The notes under the pieces: model-generated
Databases searched by the model: none
Seen by the model: the letters and a program-made list of their open reading frames with translations, nothing else
Told to the model about the DNA's origin: nothing
Source of the DNA: Gaiellaceae bacterium
Lineage (GTDB): Bacteria > Actinomycetota > Thermoleophilia > Gaiellales > Gaiellaceae
Length of the DNA: 60,867 nt
Direction: 5' to 3'
Assembly (NCBI GenBank): GCA_035455445.1
Contig: DATIFC010000161.1
Location: forward strand, 1-60,867
Program-made: the position numbers and the translations under genes
Shown here: piece by piece, positions 43,519 through 53,024 of the stretch
Layout: every line of letters begins with the position of its first letter
Position numbering within the stretch: position 1 is the first letter of the stretch

Positions 43519-43686
43519 ATGATGAGCCAGATCTTCCCGAATCGAAAGCGACTTCACCGGCACAACGGCGTACGGACGTACGTGCTGCTCCAGCGGCTCG
43601 GCGTCCCGTACGAGGTCGAGCGCACGGTCTGCTCCGAGTGCAGGCGCGTGCTCGACGAGCGGCCGCTGAAGCGCGCCGCTGCCTAG
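43519..43686 (+). CDS. Candidate small protein (55 aa) with HxH...CxxC
   Basis: The last 56 codons of track ORF 42724..43686 begin at ATG 43519: MMSQIFPNRKRLHRHNGVRTYVLLQRLGVPYEVERTVCSECRRVLDERPLKRAAA. Third codon positions are mostly G/C. It sits in the otherwise empty gap between the transpeptidase start and the sirtuin stop. GAGG lies immediately upstream. Confidence 0.3.
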   Translation: MMSQIFPNRKRLHRHNGVRTYVLLQRLGVPYEVERTVCSECRRVLDERPLKRAAA

Positions 43687-44417
43687 AGCGCGGCGACCAC
43701 GGCCGGCAGCACCTCGCCGGCGCTTCCATCGATCCTCAGGCTCGCCCGTGCGTCGTACGGCGTCCGGCCCCGGTTGACGACCGCGAGGCGGCCGCCCGCG
43801 GCGAGCGTCTCCTCCGGCAGCGCGGCGATCGGGTAGACCTCGAGCGCCGAGCCGACGACGAGCAGCAGCGCCGCCCCGCGCGCCAGCTCGTAGGCGCGGT
43901 CGATCGCCTGGGGCGGGAGCAGCTCACCGAAGAAGACGACGTCCGGCTTGACGATCTCGCCGCAGGCCGGGCAGAAGGGCGCGTCGGCGGCGGTGAGCAG
44001 CTCGAGCACGCGCTCCACCTCGTAGCGCGCGCCGCACCGCGGGCAGGTCGCGGTGCGGATCGAGCCGTGCACCTCGACGACCTCGCGGCTGCCGGCGCGC
44101 TCGTGCAGCAGGTCGATGTTCTGCGTGACGACGGCCTGGACGAGCCCGCGCCGCTCGAGCTCCGCGAGGGCGTGGTGCGCCGGGTTCGGCTCGGCCTCGG
44201 TCAGCATCGAGATCCGCGGCTTGTAGAAGCTCCAGACCTTGAGCGGGTCGCGGCGGAAGGCGTCGATCGAGCCGTACTCGAGAGGGTCGAACTGCGCCCA
44301 GAGGCCGGTCGGCGAACGGAAGTCCGGGATGCCGCTCTCGGTCGAGACGCCGGCCCCGGTGAGCACGACGCACGGCTGGTTGCCGGCGATGAGCTCGGCG
44401 AGCCCCTCGGCGCTCAC
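43683..44417 (-). CDS. cobB: NAD-dependent protein deacylase (Sir2/CobB type)
   Basis: C-terminal 244 codons of track ORF 43683..44909 from GTG 44415-44417. Motifs: VVLTGAGVSTESGIPDFRS, QNIDLLHERAG, EVHGS. Zinc ribbon: CPRCG...CPACG. Confidence 0.85.
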   Translation of the reverse strand: MSAEGLAELIAGNQPCVVLTGAGVSTESGIPDFRSPTGLWAQFDPLEYGSIDAFRRDPLKVWSFYKPRISMLTEAEPNPAHHALAELERRGLVQAVVTQNIDLLHERAGSREVVEVHGSIRTATCPRCGARYEVERVLELLTAADAPFCPACGEIVKPDVVFFGELLPPQAIDRAYELARGAALLLVVGSALEVYPIAALPEETLAAGGRLAVVNRGRTPYDARASLRIDGSAGEVLPAVVAAL

Positions 44418-44749
44418 GCCGTCGCCTCGGAGAGGACCTCGCGGATCGGGTGCCCGCCGACGGCCGCCCCCGCGGGGTTCCTCGCCCGGTAGTACGGCAG
44501 CGCGGTCACGCCGATGGAGAGCGCCCGGCCGCGGCCGCGGGCCCAGGTCGCGTCGTCCACGCCGAGACGCTCGCGGAGGTCCTCGCGGGCCGGCGGCGGC
44601 ACCACCAGCTCGCCGCCGAGCCGGTAGAGGGCGTTGCCGGTCCCGCTCGACCGCACCGGCTCCACCGGCGGGCCGGCCCACTGCGGGAACTTCGAGGCGA
44701 GCAGGCGGCGGACGAACGCCACATCCGTCTCGATCTCGCCTTCGTGCAT
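44414..44749 (-). pseudogene. Internally deleted aminoglycoside/phosphotransferase (APH)-family remnant, still an intact 111-codon ORF
   Basis: The track ORF MHEGEIETDVAFVRRLLASKFPQWAGPPVEPVRSSGTGNALYRLGGELVV joins directly to ...AREDLRERLGVDDATWARGRGRALSIGVTALPYYRARNP...IREVLSE. These are the N-terminal and extreme C-terminal signatures of actinobacterial APH-family kinases. The roughly 190 residues carrying the HGDxxxxN and DxG motifs are missing. Confidence 0.5.
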
Positions 44750-44788
44750 CTTCGACTCGGTCGGCGCGATCCTGGAAAGCTAGCCGCC

Positions 44789-45196
44789 GTGGACTTCCGC
44801 TTCGAGACCGAGGTGCGCGTGCGCTTCGCCGAGACCGACGCGCAGGGGATCGCGCACAACTCCGTCTACCTCGTCTGGTTCGAGCTCGCGCGCATCGACT
44901 ACCTCGCACGCTTCCGCGGCGGCTACCCGGGGCTGCGCGCCGACGGGATCGAGGCGCTGACGATCGAGGCGCACGTCCGCTACCTCGCGCCGGCGCGGTT
45001 CGACGACCGGCTGGCGATCCGCGCCCGCTGCGGCGAGCTGCGCGGCGCGCGCTTCGGCTTCGAGTACGCGGTCGAGCGCGACGGCGAGGCAGTCGCCGAC
45101 GGCTGGACGCGGCACGCGTGCGTCGACGCGCGGACCCACCGGCCGACGCGCGTCCCGGCCTGGCTCGCGGACGAGATCGCTACTGCGGAGAGGTGA
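44789..45196 (+). CDS. Acyl-CoA thioesterase (4HBT/YbgC hotdog fold)
   Basis: C-terminal 135 codons of track ORF 44450..45196 from GTG 44789: FETEVRVRFAETDAQGIAHNSVYLVWFELARIDYL. Confidence 0.7.
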   Translation: MDFRFETEVRVRFAETDAQGIAHNSVYLVWFELARIDYLARFRGGYPGLRADGIEALTIEAHVRYLAPARFDDRLAIRARCGELRGARFGFEYAVERDGEAVADGWTRHACVDARTHRPTRVPAWLADEIATAER

Positions 45197-47054
45197 CGCC
45201 TGTCGCGCCGGTCGGGCCGCTCGGCCCCGACGGGCCCTTCTTCGGCGGCGGCTTCGGCCTGGCCTTCGTGCCGACGCGCACGACGCGCGGCTCCCCACGG
45301 TACGACGAGTACCAGGTGTTGTCGTAGAGCAGCGCGCCGCCCGCCGTGTACACGCGCCGGCGAACGCTCGTCGAGCGTGAGGGCTCGCCGCTCTCCTCGA
45401 CCACCGTCTGGCCGACGAACATCGCCGCGTCGGGGACGCGCTGCAGCGGCGGCCCGCCGGTCTCGACGAGCGGCCGCGTCTCGCTGACGATGCGGCGGTG
45501 CAGCGGCGCGCCGTAGAGCTCGACGTCGAGGGAGTACGAGCCGACGTACGTGCGGAGCAGCAGCCAGTGGTCGGTGTCGTTCACGAACTGCAGGTCGACG
45601 TCGGGGTAGTTGACGGTCGCGTCGCGGCCCTGCGGGTAGTGGCTGATGTAGAGCGCGTGGTTCGTCCGCTCCGTGATCTTCAGGCCGGCCTCGTACGCGG
45701 CGTTGAAGACCGTCGTCGAGACCTGGCAGACGCCGCCGCCGAGCCCCGTCGTCAGCTCGCCGTTGATGATCACGGGCGCCTCGAGGAAGCCCTTGTCCGC
45801 CGTGCGGGCCCCGGTCGCGCGGTTGAACGAGAAGGTCGCGCCCGGGGCGATCAGCTTCCCGTCGACGAGGTGGGCGACCAGCTGGACGTTGTGGATGCGG
45901 TTCGGGTCGCCGCCGTAGATCGTCTCGTAGCGGCCCACGCGCGTCGTGATGCCCATCGCCCGCGCCTGCGCCGTGGTGCGCTTCGGCTCGGCGTGGATGA
46001 CGACGACCCGGGCCGTGCGGGCGGTCGGCGAGAGCGCCGCGGCGAGGATGTTGCGCCCGGTCGCGATGGCGTTCACGGCGCGCCCCGGGCGCGCGGGCAC
46101 GACGACCACACGCCCGCTCGAGAGCGGGCGGAAGGTCGCGTCGCGAGCGGGCCTGCCGATCCCGCGGCCGAGCTTCGCGAAGTAGCGCGTCGCGCCGGGC
46201 CCGCCGGCGCGGAGCTTGCTCGCGCCGTCGCGCGGGAGCGCGAGGATCGCCGCGAGCTGCCTCTTGGGGAGCCACCACGAGGCGACGCCGAGCTGCATCC
46301 GCACCGGGCGCGCGAGGGCGGTCCGCACCTGCGCGGCGACCGGGGCGAGGTCTGCGGCGCGCACCGTGGGCTGGTCGATGCGCACCGGCAGCGCGACGCG
46401 CCCGCGCTCGAACCCGGCGAGCGCGCGGACGATGACGTCGCCCGCGACACGACGGTCGAGGACGCGGCCGGCCTGCGCCGGGAGAACGACGGGCCGCAGC
46501 TGCCGCAGCACGAGCGCGGCATCCCTGTGCGGCCGGTCGACGACGCGGCTCATGCGGACGAGCTCGTAGGCGAGCGCCCTCTCGAGCACACGCGTGGGAG
46601 GAGAGACGTCGGCGCCGAAGACACGCACGCCGAGCCGGCGGAAGCCGCGGATCGGGGCGAGGCCGTCACCCTGGTCGAGCGCGAGCTTCACGGCCGCGTT
46701 CCACTCGGTCTCGACGCCGAGGCTGGCCGGCCGCAGGCGCCACTCGTGGCCGGCGGCGGTGAAAGTGACGGGGACCTGCGCGAGCGCGGCCGAGCGGCGC
46801 TCGAGCTTCGCCCGCGCCTCGGAGGCGGTCAGGCCGCCGACGTTGACGCCGTCGATGCGAACGCCCGCCGCGATGCGGCTCGGCGAGCCCGCGAACACCA
46901 ATCCGAGCACGACGCCGCCGACCACGGCGACAACCGCGAGCACGGCCAGTCGCTGCACCAGCAGCGTTCTGGAACGGCTGCGGCGCCGGCCGCGGACCCG
47001 GACCGCACCAGTCCCTGCCTCGACGCGCAACGCGCCCGCAGTGTAGCGACGCAA
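45180..47054 (-). CDS. VanW/YoaR-family protein with N-terminal TM anchor and C-terminal G5-like domain
   Basis: Track ORF of 624 aa. TM span: LAVLAVVAVVGGVVLGLVFAG. VanW core: APGATFSFNRATGARTADKGFLEAPVIINGELTTGLGGGVCQVSTTVFNAAYEAGL. The tail reads VVEESGEPSRSTSVRRRVY...VVRVGT followed by a Pro/Lys/Gly-rich end. Confidence 0.8.
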   Translation of the reverse strand: MRRYTAGALRVEAGTGAVRVRGRRRSRSRTLLVQRLAVLAVVAVVGGVVLGLVFAGSPSRIAAGVRIDGVNVGGLTASEARAKLERRSAALAQVPVTFTAAGHEWRLRPASLGVETEWNAAVKLALDQGDGLAPIRGFRRLGVRVFGADVSPPTRVLERALAYELVRMSRVVDRPHRDAALVLRQLRPVVLPAQAGRVLDRRVAGDVIVRALAGFERGRVALPVRIDQPTVRAADLAPVAAQVRTALARPVRMQLGVASWWLPKRQLAAILALPRDGASKLRAGGPGATRYFAKLGRGIGRPARDATFRPLSSGRVVVVPARPGRAVNAIATGRNILAAALSPTARTARVVVIHAEPKRTTAQARAMGITTRVGRYETIYGGDPNRIHNVQLVAHLVDGKLIAPGATFSFNRATGARTADKGFLEAPVIINGELTTGLGGGVCQVSTTVFNAAYEAGLKITERTNHALYISHYPQGRDATVNYPDVDLQFVNDTDHWLLLRTYVGSYSLDVELYGAPLHRRIVSETRPLVETGGPPLQRVPDAAMFVGQTVVEESGEPSRSTSVRRRVYTAGGALLYDNTWYSSYRGEPRVVRVGTKARPKPPPKKGPSGPSGPTGATGVTSPQ

Positions 47055-47873
47055 TCAGAAGGTGAAGAGGTCGATTCCGCCGGCCACCGGAATCGCGGCT
47101 CCCGTCACGTAGGAGCCGAGATCGGAGCAGAGGAACGCGATCACGCTCGCGACCTCGTCCGGCTCGCCGGCGCGCCGGAGCGCGGTGCGCCCGATCATCC
47201 TCTCGTTCATCTCCGGGTTGCCGAAGCCGAAGGCCTCCGTGCCGATGATCCCGGCGACGACGGCGTTGGCCGTGATGCCGTGGCGCGCGCCTTCGAGGGC
47301 GAGCGTCTTCGTCAGCCCGATCACCCCCGCCTTGGTCGCGGCGTAGCTGGCCTGGCCGAAGCCGCCGAGCGTCCCCGCCACCGAGGCCATGGTCACGATC
47401 CGGCCCCAGCCGCGCTCGACCATCGCCGGCCACGCCGCCTGCGCGCAGTTGAACACGCCGGTCAGGTTGACGCGGAGATCGCGTTCCCAGAGCTCGGGCG
47501 ACTGGTCGGGCAGGCGCGCGACGTGGTCGAGCGTGCCGGCGTTGGCGACGAGGATGTCGGGCGGGCCCAGCTCCGTCGCGAGGGCTGCGTCGACCTGGGC
47601 GCGGTCGGTGACGTCGCAGCGCACGGCCACCGAGCGGCGGCCGAGCTGCCGGATCTCCTCCGCGGTCTGCTCGGTGTAGACGAGCCCCTGCGCACGCGCG
47701 GCCTGGGCCAGCGGCCCGTACTCGTCGGGCGCGTCGCCCGATTCGAGCTGGATGTCGGCGAGGATCACGTCGGCACCGGCCCGCGCCAGGGCGAGCGCAT
47801 CCGCGCGTCCCAGGCCGCGCGAGCTCCCCGTGACGAGGGCGACCCGCCCCGAGAGGTCGATCTCGATCGCCAC
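47055..47873 (-). CDS. Short-chain dehydrogenase/reductase (FabG/3-hydroxyacyl-CoA dehydrogenase-like)
   Basis: Track ORF of 272 aa: VALVTGSSRGLG (TGxxxGxG), NAG, YAATKAGVIGLT (YxxxK). Confidence 0.8.
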   Translation of the reverse strand: MAIEIDLSGRVALVTGSSRGLGRADALALARAGADVILADIQLESGDAPDEYGPLAQAARAQGLVYTEQTAEEIRQLGRRSVAVRCDVTDRAQVDAALATELGPPDILVANAGTLDHVARLPDQSPELWERDLRVNLTGVFNCAQAAWPAMVERGWGRIVTMASVAGTLGGFGQASYAATKAGVIGLTKTLALEGARHGITANAVVAGIIGTEAFGFGNPEMNERMIGRTALRRAGEPDEVASVIAFLCSDLGSYVTGAAIPVAGGIDLFTF

Positions 47874-47879
47874 GGATCC

Positions 47880-49064
<1,185 letters not shown>

Positions 49065-49070
49065 GAATGT

Positions 49071-49090
49071 TTGACTGATCAGTCAGTCAA
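49071..49090. promoter_or_regulatory. AT-rich palindromic operator candidate TTGACTGATCAGTCAGTCAA (perfect 14-mer TGACTGATCAGTCA at 49072-49085)
   Basis: Read directly. Fills the 18-nt gap between the stop of the upstream membrane-protein gene (49083-49085) and the acyl-CoA dehydrogenase ATG (49062-49064). There is no SD sequence in the gap. Confidence 0.4.
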
Positions 49091-49928
49091 ATCGTATCGC
49101 GTGTCCCGCTGAGGGCAATGCGGGCCCTTCCGAGGATCGCGGCGGCCGCGCGAGCAGCGTGGCGCCGGCCAGCGTGCAGGCGAACGCGAGGATCCGCACG
49201 CCGGGGAGCGAGCCCAGGCCGTCGCCGAAGAGGAGCGTCCCCGCCGCGATCGGCAGCGCGTTGGTGCAGAGCGTCGCCACGCCCGCCGTGGCGAGCGCCC
49301 CGCCGCGCTGGAACGCGAGCTGCAGCGCGACGAAGGCGAGCCCGTGGCAGGCGAGCACGGCAGGCACGAGCGCCAGGCGTCCGCCCCCGTGGACGGCGGC
49401 CTTCGTCGCCACGTCGCCGGCCGCGTACAGGATCCCGGCCGCGGCCCCGAGGCCCGACGCGCCGCGCAGCGCTGCGAGCGCGGCGGCGAGCACGGAGACG
49501 GCGAGCCACGCACCGAGCGCGGCCCGGGACGGGCTGGAGCCGTGGCCCGCCTGGCCCGAGAGCGACACGCCGAGGAGCGCGAGGCCGCCGATCGAGGCCG
49601 CCACCCCGCGCCGCTCGGTCGCGGTCACCCGCCCGCCCCGCGAGACCAGCAGCGCGAGCAGCCCGATGCCGCCGGCGGACACCGCCTGCACGAGCGAGAG
49701 CGGTGCGAGCGCGAGCGCGGCGACGTAGAGCGCCCAGCCGCCGATCCCGGCCGCGAAGCCCGACAGCCATCTCAGGTCGCCGAAGAGGCGGCGCAGCGAC
49801 GAGAGCGGCCGGCGCAGCGTCAGCGGCGGCAGGCCCGACGCCGCGCCGTGCTGCGTGAAGAAGCCCCAGTTGAGCGCCCCGGCCGAGGCGAGCGCGAGCG
49901 TCAGCCCGGCCGCGAGCTGCCCGGTCAT
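49083..49928 (-). CDS. Polytopic membrane protein (DMT/EamA-like by topology only)
   Basis: C-terminal 281 codons of track ORF 49083..50240 from ATG 49926-49928 (ATGA overlap with the MprF-like stop). About 9-10 hydrophobic spans rich in Ala/Gly/Leu. Confidence 0.45.
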   Translation of the reverse strand: MTGQLAAGLTLALASAGALNWGFFTQHGAASGLPPLTLRRPLSSLRRLFGDLRWLSGFAAGIGGWALYVAALALAPLSLVQAVSAGGIGLLALLVSRGGRVTATERRGVAASIGGLALLGVSLSGQAGHGSSPSRAALGAWLAVSVLAAALAALRGASGLGAAAGILYAAGDVATKAAVHGGGRLALVPAVLACHGLAFVALQLAFQRGGALATAGVATLCTNALPIAAGTLLFGDGLGSLPGVRILAFACTLAGATLLARPPRSSEGPALPSAGHAIRFD

Positions 49929-52009
49929 TCCCCGGGCCGGCCGGAGAAGGGCAGGTAGGCCTCGGCCGCGAGCGCCGCGATCCCCACACGGGGGAGGTCG
50001 ATGCGGCGCTCGTAGACGACGAAGCGGCGCTCCCAGGTCGGGAAGAACTTGCGGTTGAAGTGCAGCAGATTGTCGAGCTGGAAGCGGCCCTTCAGCCGGA
50101 GCAGGGCCCGGCGCTCGAGCCGCTCCAGGCGTGAGAGCTCGCCCTCCGGCGCCAGCAGCGCCGCGAAGGGCGCGAAGTTCAGCGAGATCCGTTCGATCCC
50201 GTGCTCTCGCGCCCAGGCCACGGTCTCGCAGATCAGCCACTCGTTGAAGCCGTTCGGCGTCGAGCGCAGCCTCGGCATCGACGAGAGCGAGAGCGCGTTG
50301 CCGGCCGGGCAGAGGGCGAAGTGGAGGAATCCCGCCGGCGCTCCGGACGGCGCCCGGCCGACGACGAACAGCGCGGCGTCGTCGCCGAGCCGGAAGAGGG
50401 CGTCGAGCGCCATCGCGAACCCGCGCTCAGGCTCCGAGCCGCGCCACTCGCGCGCGATCGCCTCGAGCTCGCGCCTGAGAGCCGGTTCGATCGACCCCGC
50501 CCGCAGCAACTCGGCACGGAAGCCGGCCCGCCCGAGCCGGCTGACGGACTGGCGCACCTTGCGGATCGCCCGACCCTCGAGCGAGAACGACGCGGTCTCG
50601 AGCACCGCCTCGTCGCCGTGGTAGAGCGCGTGCAGGCCCCGCTCCCGATAGAGGGTGAGGCAGCGCTCCGAGGCTCCGAGGATCGCCAGCCGCCAGCCCC
50701 GGCCCCGGGCGAACTCGAGGAAGCGGTCGAGCAGCGGCGCGAAGGCCGCCGGCGGCCCGACCGGGTCGCCGGAGACGACCGCCACCCCTCCGACCACGCG
50801 GTAGGCGACGAACGCCCGCTCGTCCTCGGAGAAGAAGAACGACTTGTCCGCGCGCAGGACGAACGGCGCGAGCGTGTCCACGCCCCAGGCCTCGACCAGG
50901 TCGCGGGCCAGGCGCCGCTCGCGCGCCTCCTGGCGGAGGCGGTAGTGCCACGGCGCGATCCAGCCGAGCAGGAGCCAGCCGGCGGCGGCGAGCCCGGCCA
51001 GGAACACCGACAGCGGGAACCACTCGCCGATGCCGGCCCCGAGGTGGCTCGCGCCGTGCAGCCGCGCCCCGACGAGCGCGGCGCCGGTCTCGCGCACGAT
51101 CAGCCCGGCCGAGACCGGCTGGTCGATCGCGAGCTGGTTGAGCCAGAGCGCGAGCGCGCCGTAGGCGAAGATCGCCGCGGCGAGGAGGATCGCGCGCAGC
51201 GCGAGGGCGGGGCGCGTCGCGGGGTCGCCCGGCGCGTCGAACTCGTGGCGTTGCGCGACGAGCGCGACCACCAGTAGGGCGGTCGCGGCCGCGCCAGCGT
51301 GGAAGCCGTGCAGGAGGTGGAGGACGGTGGACCCGCCGAGCAGGACGAGCGCCACCTGCCAGGCGCGGCGCTTCCTCCGCGCGAGCCCGCCGGCCGCGAC
51401 GAGCAGCGCGAGCGCGAGCGGTGCGAGGAGCGCCGTCGTCACCGGCCGCACGGCATCCGGGGCGAGCGGCGAGAGGAAGCTCCGCTCGTGCGAGGGAAGG
51501 AGCGCGTCCGCCAGGCCGACAGCGGCAACGGCCGCCACCGCCCAGCTCAGGAGCAGCGGCGCGCGCGATCGTCCGCTCGCCCGGGGTCGCCCGCAGATCG
51601 CGCCGCCGAGGGCTGCGAACAGTGCCGGCAGCGTCACGGCGGTCGCGCCGCCGGCGGCCCCGAGCGCCGCATGGAGCGGGACCTGGCGCACGACGGCGAA
51701 GGAGACCCCGTCTGCGAGAAACTCGAACGCGGCCACCCCGAGCGCGAGCACGACCGTCGCGCTCAGGCGCTCGAGCAGCGCCGCGCGCGCGAGCAGCCCG
51801 AGCAGGAGCCCGGCCGCGATCCACGTGGCCGCGAAGGCCAGCAGCGGCAGCCCCGCCTTGTTCGCCAGCTCGTCGAGCGGCAGCGCGTCCGGCACCGCCG
51901 GTCGCAGCCCGCCCACGTCCGGCCGCAGCAGGTAGAGCCAGCCCGGGACCGCGAACAGGACGAGGAGCGCCCCGGTAGCCGCCCCGCCGTTGCGCAGCGC
52001 CCTAGCCAT
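49925..52009 (-). CDS. mprF: Aminoacyl-phosphatidylglycerol synthase/flippase (MprF/LysX-like, no fused tRNA synthetase)
   Basis: Inside track ORF 49925..52198, started at ATG 52007-52009 (MARALRNGGAATGALLVLFAVPGW...). The N-terminal half is polytopic. The C-terminal half is DUF2156-like: FVLRADKSFFFSEDERAFVAYRVVGGVAVVSGDPVGP...LRSTPNGFNEWLICE...LLHFNRKFFPTWERRFVVYE. Confidence 0.75.
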   Translation of the reverse strand: MARALRNGGAATGALLVLFAVPGWLYLLRPDVGGLRPAVPDALPLDELANKAGLPLLAFAATWIAAGLLLGLLARAALLERLSATVVLALGVAAFEFLADGVSFAVVRQVPLHAALGAAGGATAVTLPALFAALGGAICGRPRASGRSRAPLLLSWAVAAVAAVGLADALLPSHERSFLSPLAPDAVRPVTTALLAPLALALLVAAGGLARRKRRAWQVALVLLGGSTVLHLLHGFHAGAAATALLVVALVAQRHEFDAPGDPATRPALALRAILLAAAIFAYGALALWLNQLAIDQPVSAGLIVRETGAALVGARLHGASHLGAGIGEWFPLSVFLAGLAAAGWLLLGWIAPWHYRLRQEARERRLARDLVEAWGVDTLAPFVLRADKSFFFSEDERAFVAYRVVGGVAVVSGDPVGPPAAFAPLLDRFLEFARGRGWRLAILGASERCLTLYRERGLHALYHGDEAVLETASFSLEGRAIRKVRQSVSRLGRAGFRAELLRAGSIEPALRRELEAIAREWRGSEPERGFAMALDALFRLGDDAALFVVGRAPSGAPAGFLHFALCPAGNALSLSSMPRLRSTPNGFNEWLICETVAWAREHGIERISLNFAPFAALLAPEGELSRLERLERRALLRLKGRFQLDNLLHFNRKFFPTWERRFVVYERRIDLPRVGIAALAAEAYLPFSGRPGE

Positions 52010-52973
52010 GCGCGAGGTGGGCGGAGGCGACCGCGAGCGCCTGCCACGCGTTGCGGCGCCAGAGCGCCCACGTATGGCCGCCTTCGACGACGAAGAAGAG
52101 GTGGGCGACGCGGAGCCGGTCGAGCTCTGCCGCGAAGAGCCGGTTCTCGTGCCGGAGCGAGTCCTTGCTGCCCGTGTAGAACCAGATGAAGGCGCCATCG
52201 GAGCGCAGCGTCCGCGCCGCGGGGCGCAGCGTCACGAGCGGGCTGTTGCGGGCGAGCAGCGAGGGACGCCCGCCGAAGACGGACTTGACGTCGTCCGCCT
52301 GCTGGTAGCCCGACCAGCTCTCGAGCACGCGGAACTCGCCCGGGTGGTGCAGGCCGATGTTGAGCGACGCGTAGCCGCCTTCGGAGAGGCCGGCCAGCCC
52401 GCGCGCCGCGCCCGTCGCGATCGTCCGGTAGCGGCGGTCGACCGCGCGGACGACGTCGCGGGCGAGGAACGTCTCCCACGCGTTTCCCGGGTGGACCCCG
52501 TTGGCCCACTCCTTGTCCGTGAAGACGCCGGTCGACCCCATCGGCATGACGAGGATGGTCGGTTTCAGCCTGTGCTTCGCCAGCAGCGCGTCCTCGACCA
52601 CGCCGACCCGGATCGTGCGGACGAACCCCTCGGGGTCGCCCGGGAACCCGTGCAAGAGGTAGAGCACCGGGTAGCGCTGCGGCGCGGAGCTCGCATACCC
52701 GGGCGGGAGGTAGACGACGACGCGCTGCCTCCTGCCCCCCACCGCCTGGCTCCTGACGTAGAGCGTCTGGAAGCTGCCGGCCTGGGTGACGTACGCAGGG
52801 TCGTGCGGGGGCGGGAAGCCACGGTAGAGCCAGTACGAGTCGACGTAGCGGTAGAGGCCGACGAGGCCGGCCGCGACAAAGGCCAGGAAGGCGAGCAGCG
52901 GGATCGCCAGGGCCGGAAGGCGCCGCAGGTGCGGCGGAGACGTGAGGCCATCGAAGACGGGGGGAAACGTCAT
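52002..52973 (-). CDS. Membrane-anchored alpha/beta hydrolase (esterase-D/antigen-85-like family)
   Basis: Track ORF of 323 aa. TM anchor: LAIPLLAFLAFVAAGLVGL. Then YLLHGFPGDPEGF and the nucleophile elbow GLSEGGYASL. Its 3' end overlaps the MprF-like start by 8 nt. Confidence 0.65.
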   Translation of the reverse strand: MTFPPVFDGLTSPPHLRRLPALAIPLLAFLAFVAAGLVGLYRYVDSYWLYRGFPPPHDPAYVTQAGSFQTLYVRSQAVGGRRQRVVVYLPPGYASSAPQRYPVLYLLHGFPGDPEGFVRTIRVGVVEDALLAKHRLKPTILVMPMGSTGVFTDKEWANGVHPGNAWETFLARDVVRAVDRRYRTIATGAARGLAGLSEGGYASLNIGLHHPGEFRVLESWSGYQQADDVKSVFGGRPSLLARNSPLVTLRPAARTLRSDGAFIWFYTGSKDSLRHENRLFAAELDRLRVAHLFFVVEGGHTWALWRRNAWQALAVASAHLAHG

Positions 52974-53024
52974 TCGACCGCTTCCGTTGTACGCCCCCGC
53001 CGTTAAGGCGGGGTTGCCCCGGCT

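Noticed and set aside
43683-44417. Sir2-domain protein as part of an anti-phage system (Thoeris/DSR/SIR2-HerA-like)
   Set aside because: It is a short CobB-type sirtuin with the zinc ribbon CPRCG...CPACG and no fused sensor or effector domain. No TIR, HerA or other defence partner lies nearby. The neighbouring APH-like ORF is a deletion stump.
45180-47054. VanW protein as evidence for a vancomycin-resistance cluster
   Set aside because: No vanH/vanA/vanX or vanRS genes are present in the window. VanW/YoaR-G5 proteins are common stand-alone wall-associated proteins.
52995-53013. Small hairpin CCCCGCC-gttaa-GGCGGGG between the enolase-like gene and the esterase as a terminator
   Set aside because: It has only a 7-bp stem and no U-tract, and the genes are co-directional and 51 nt apart. 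This is too weak to call, though it may still attenuate read-through.
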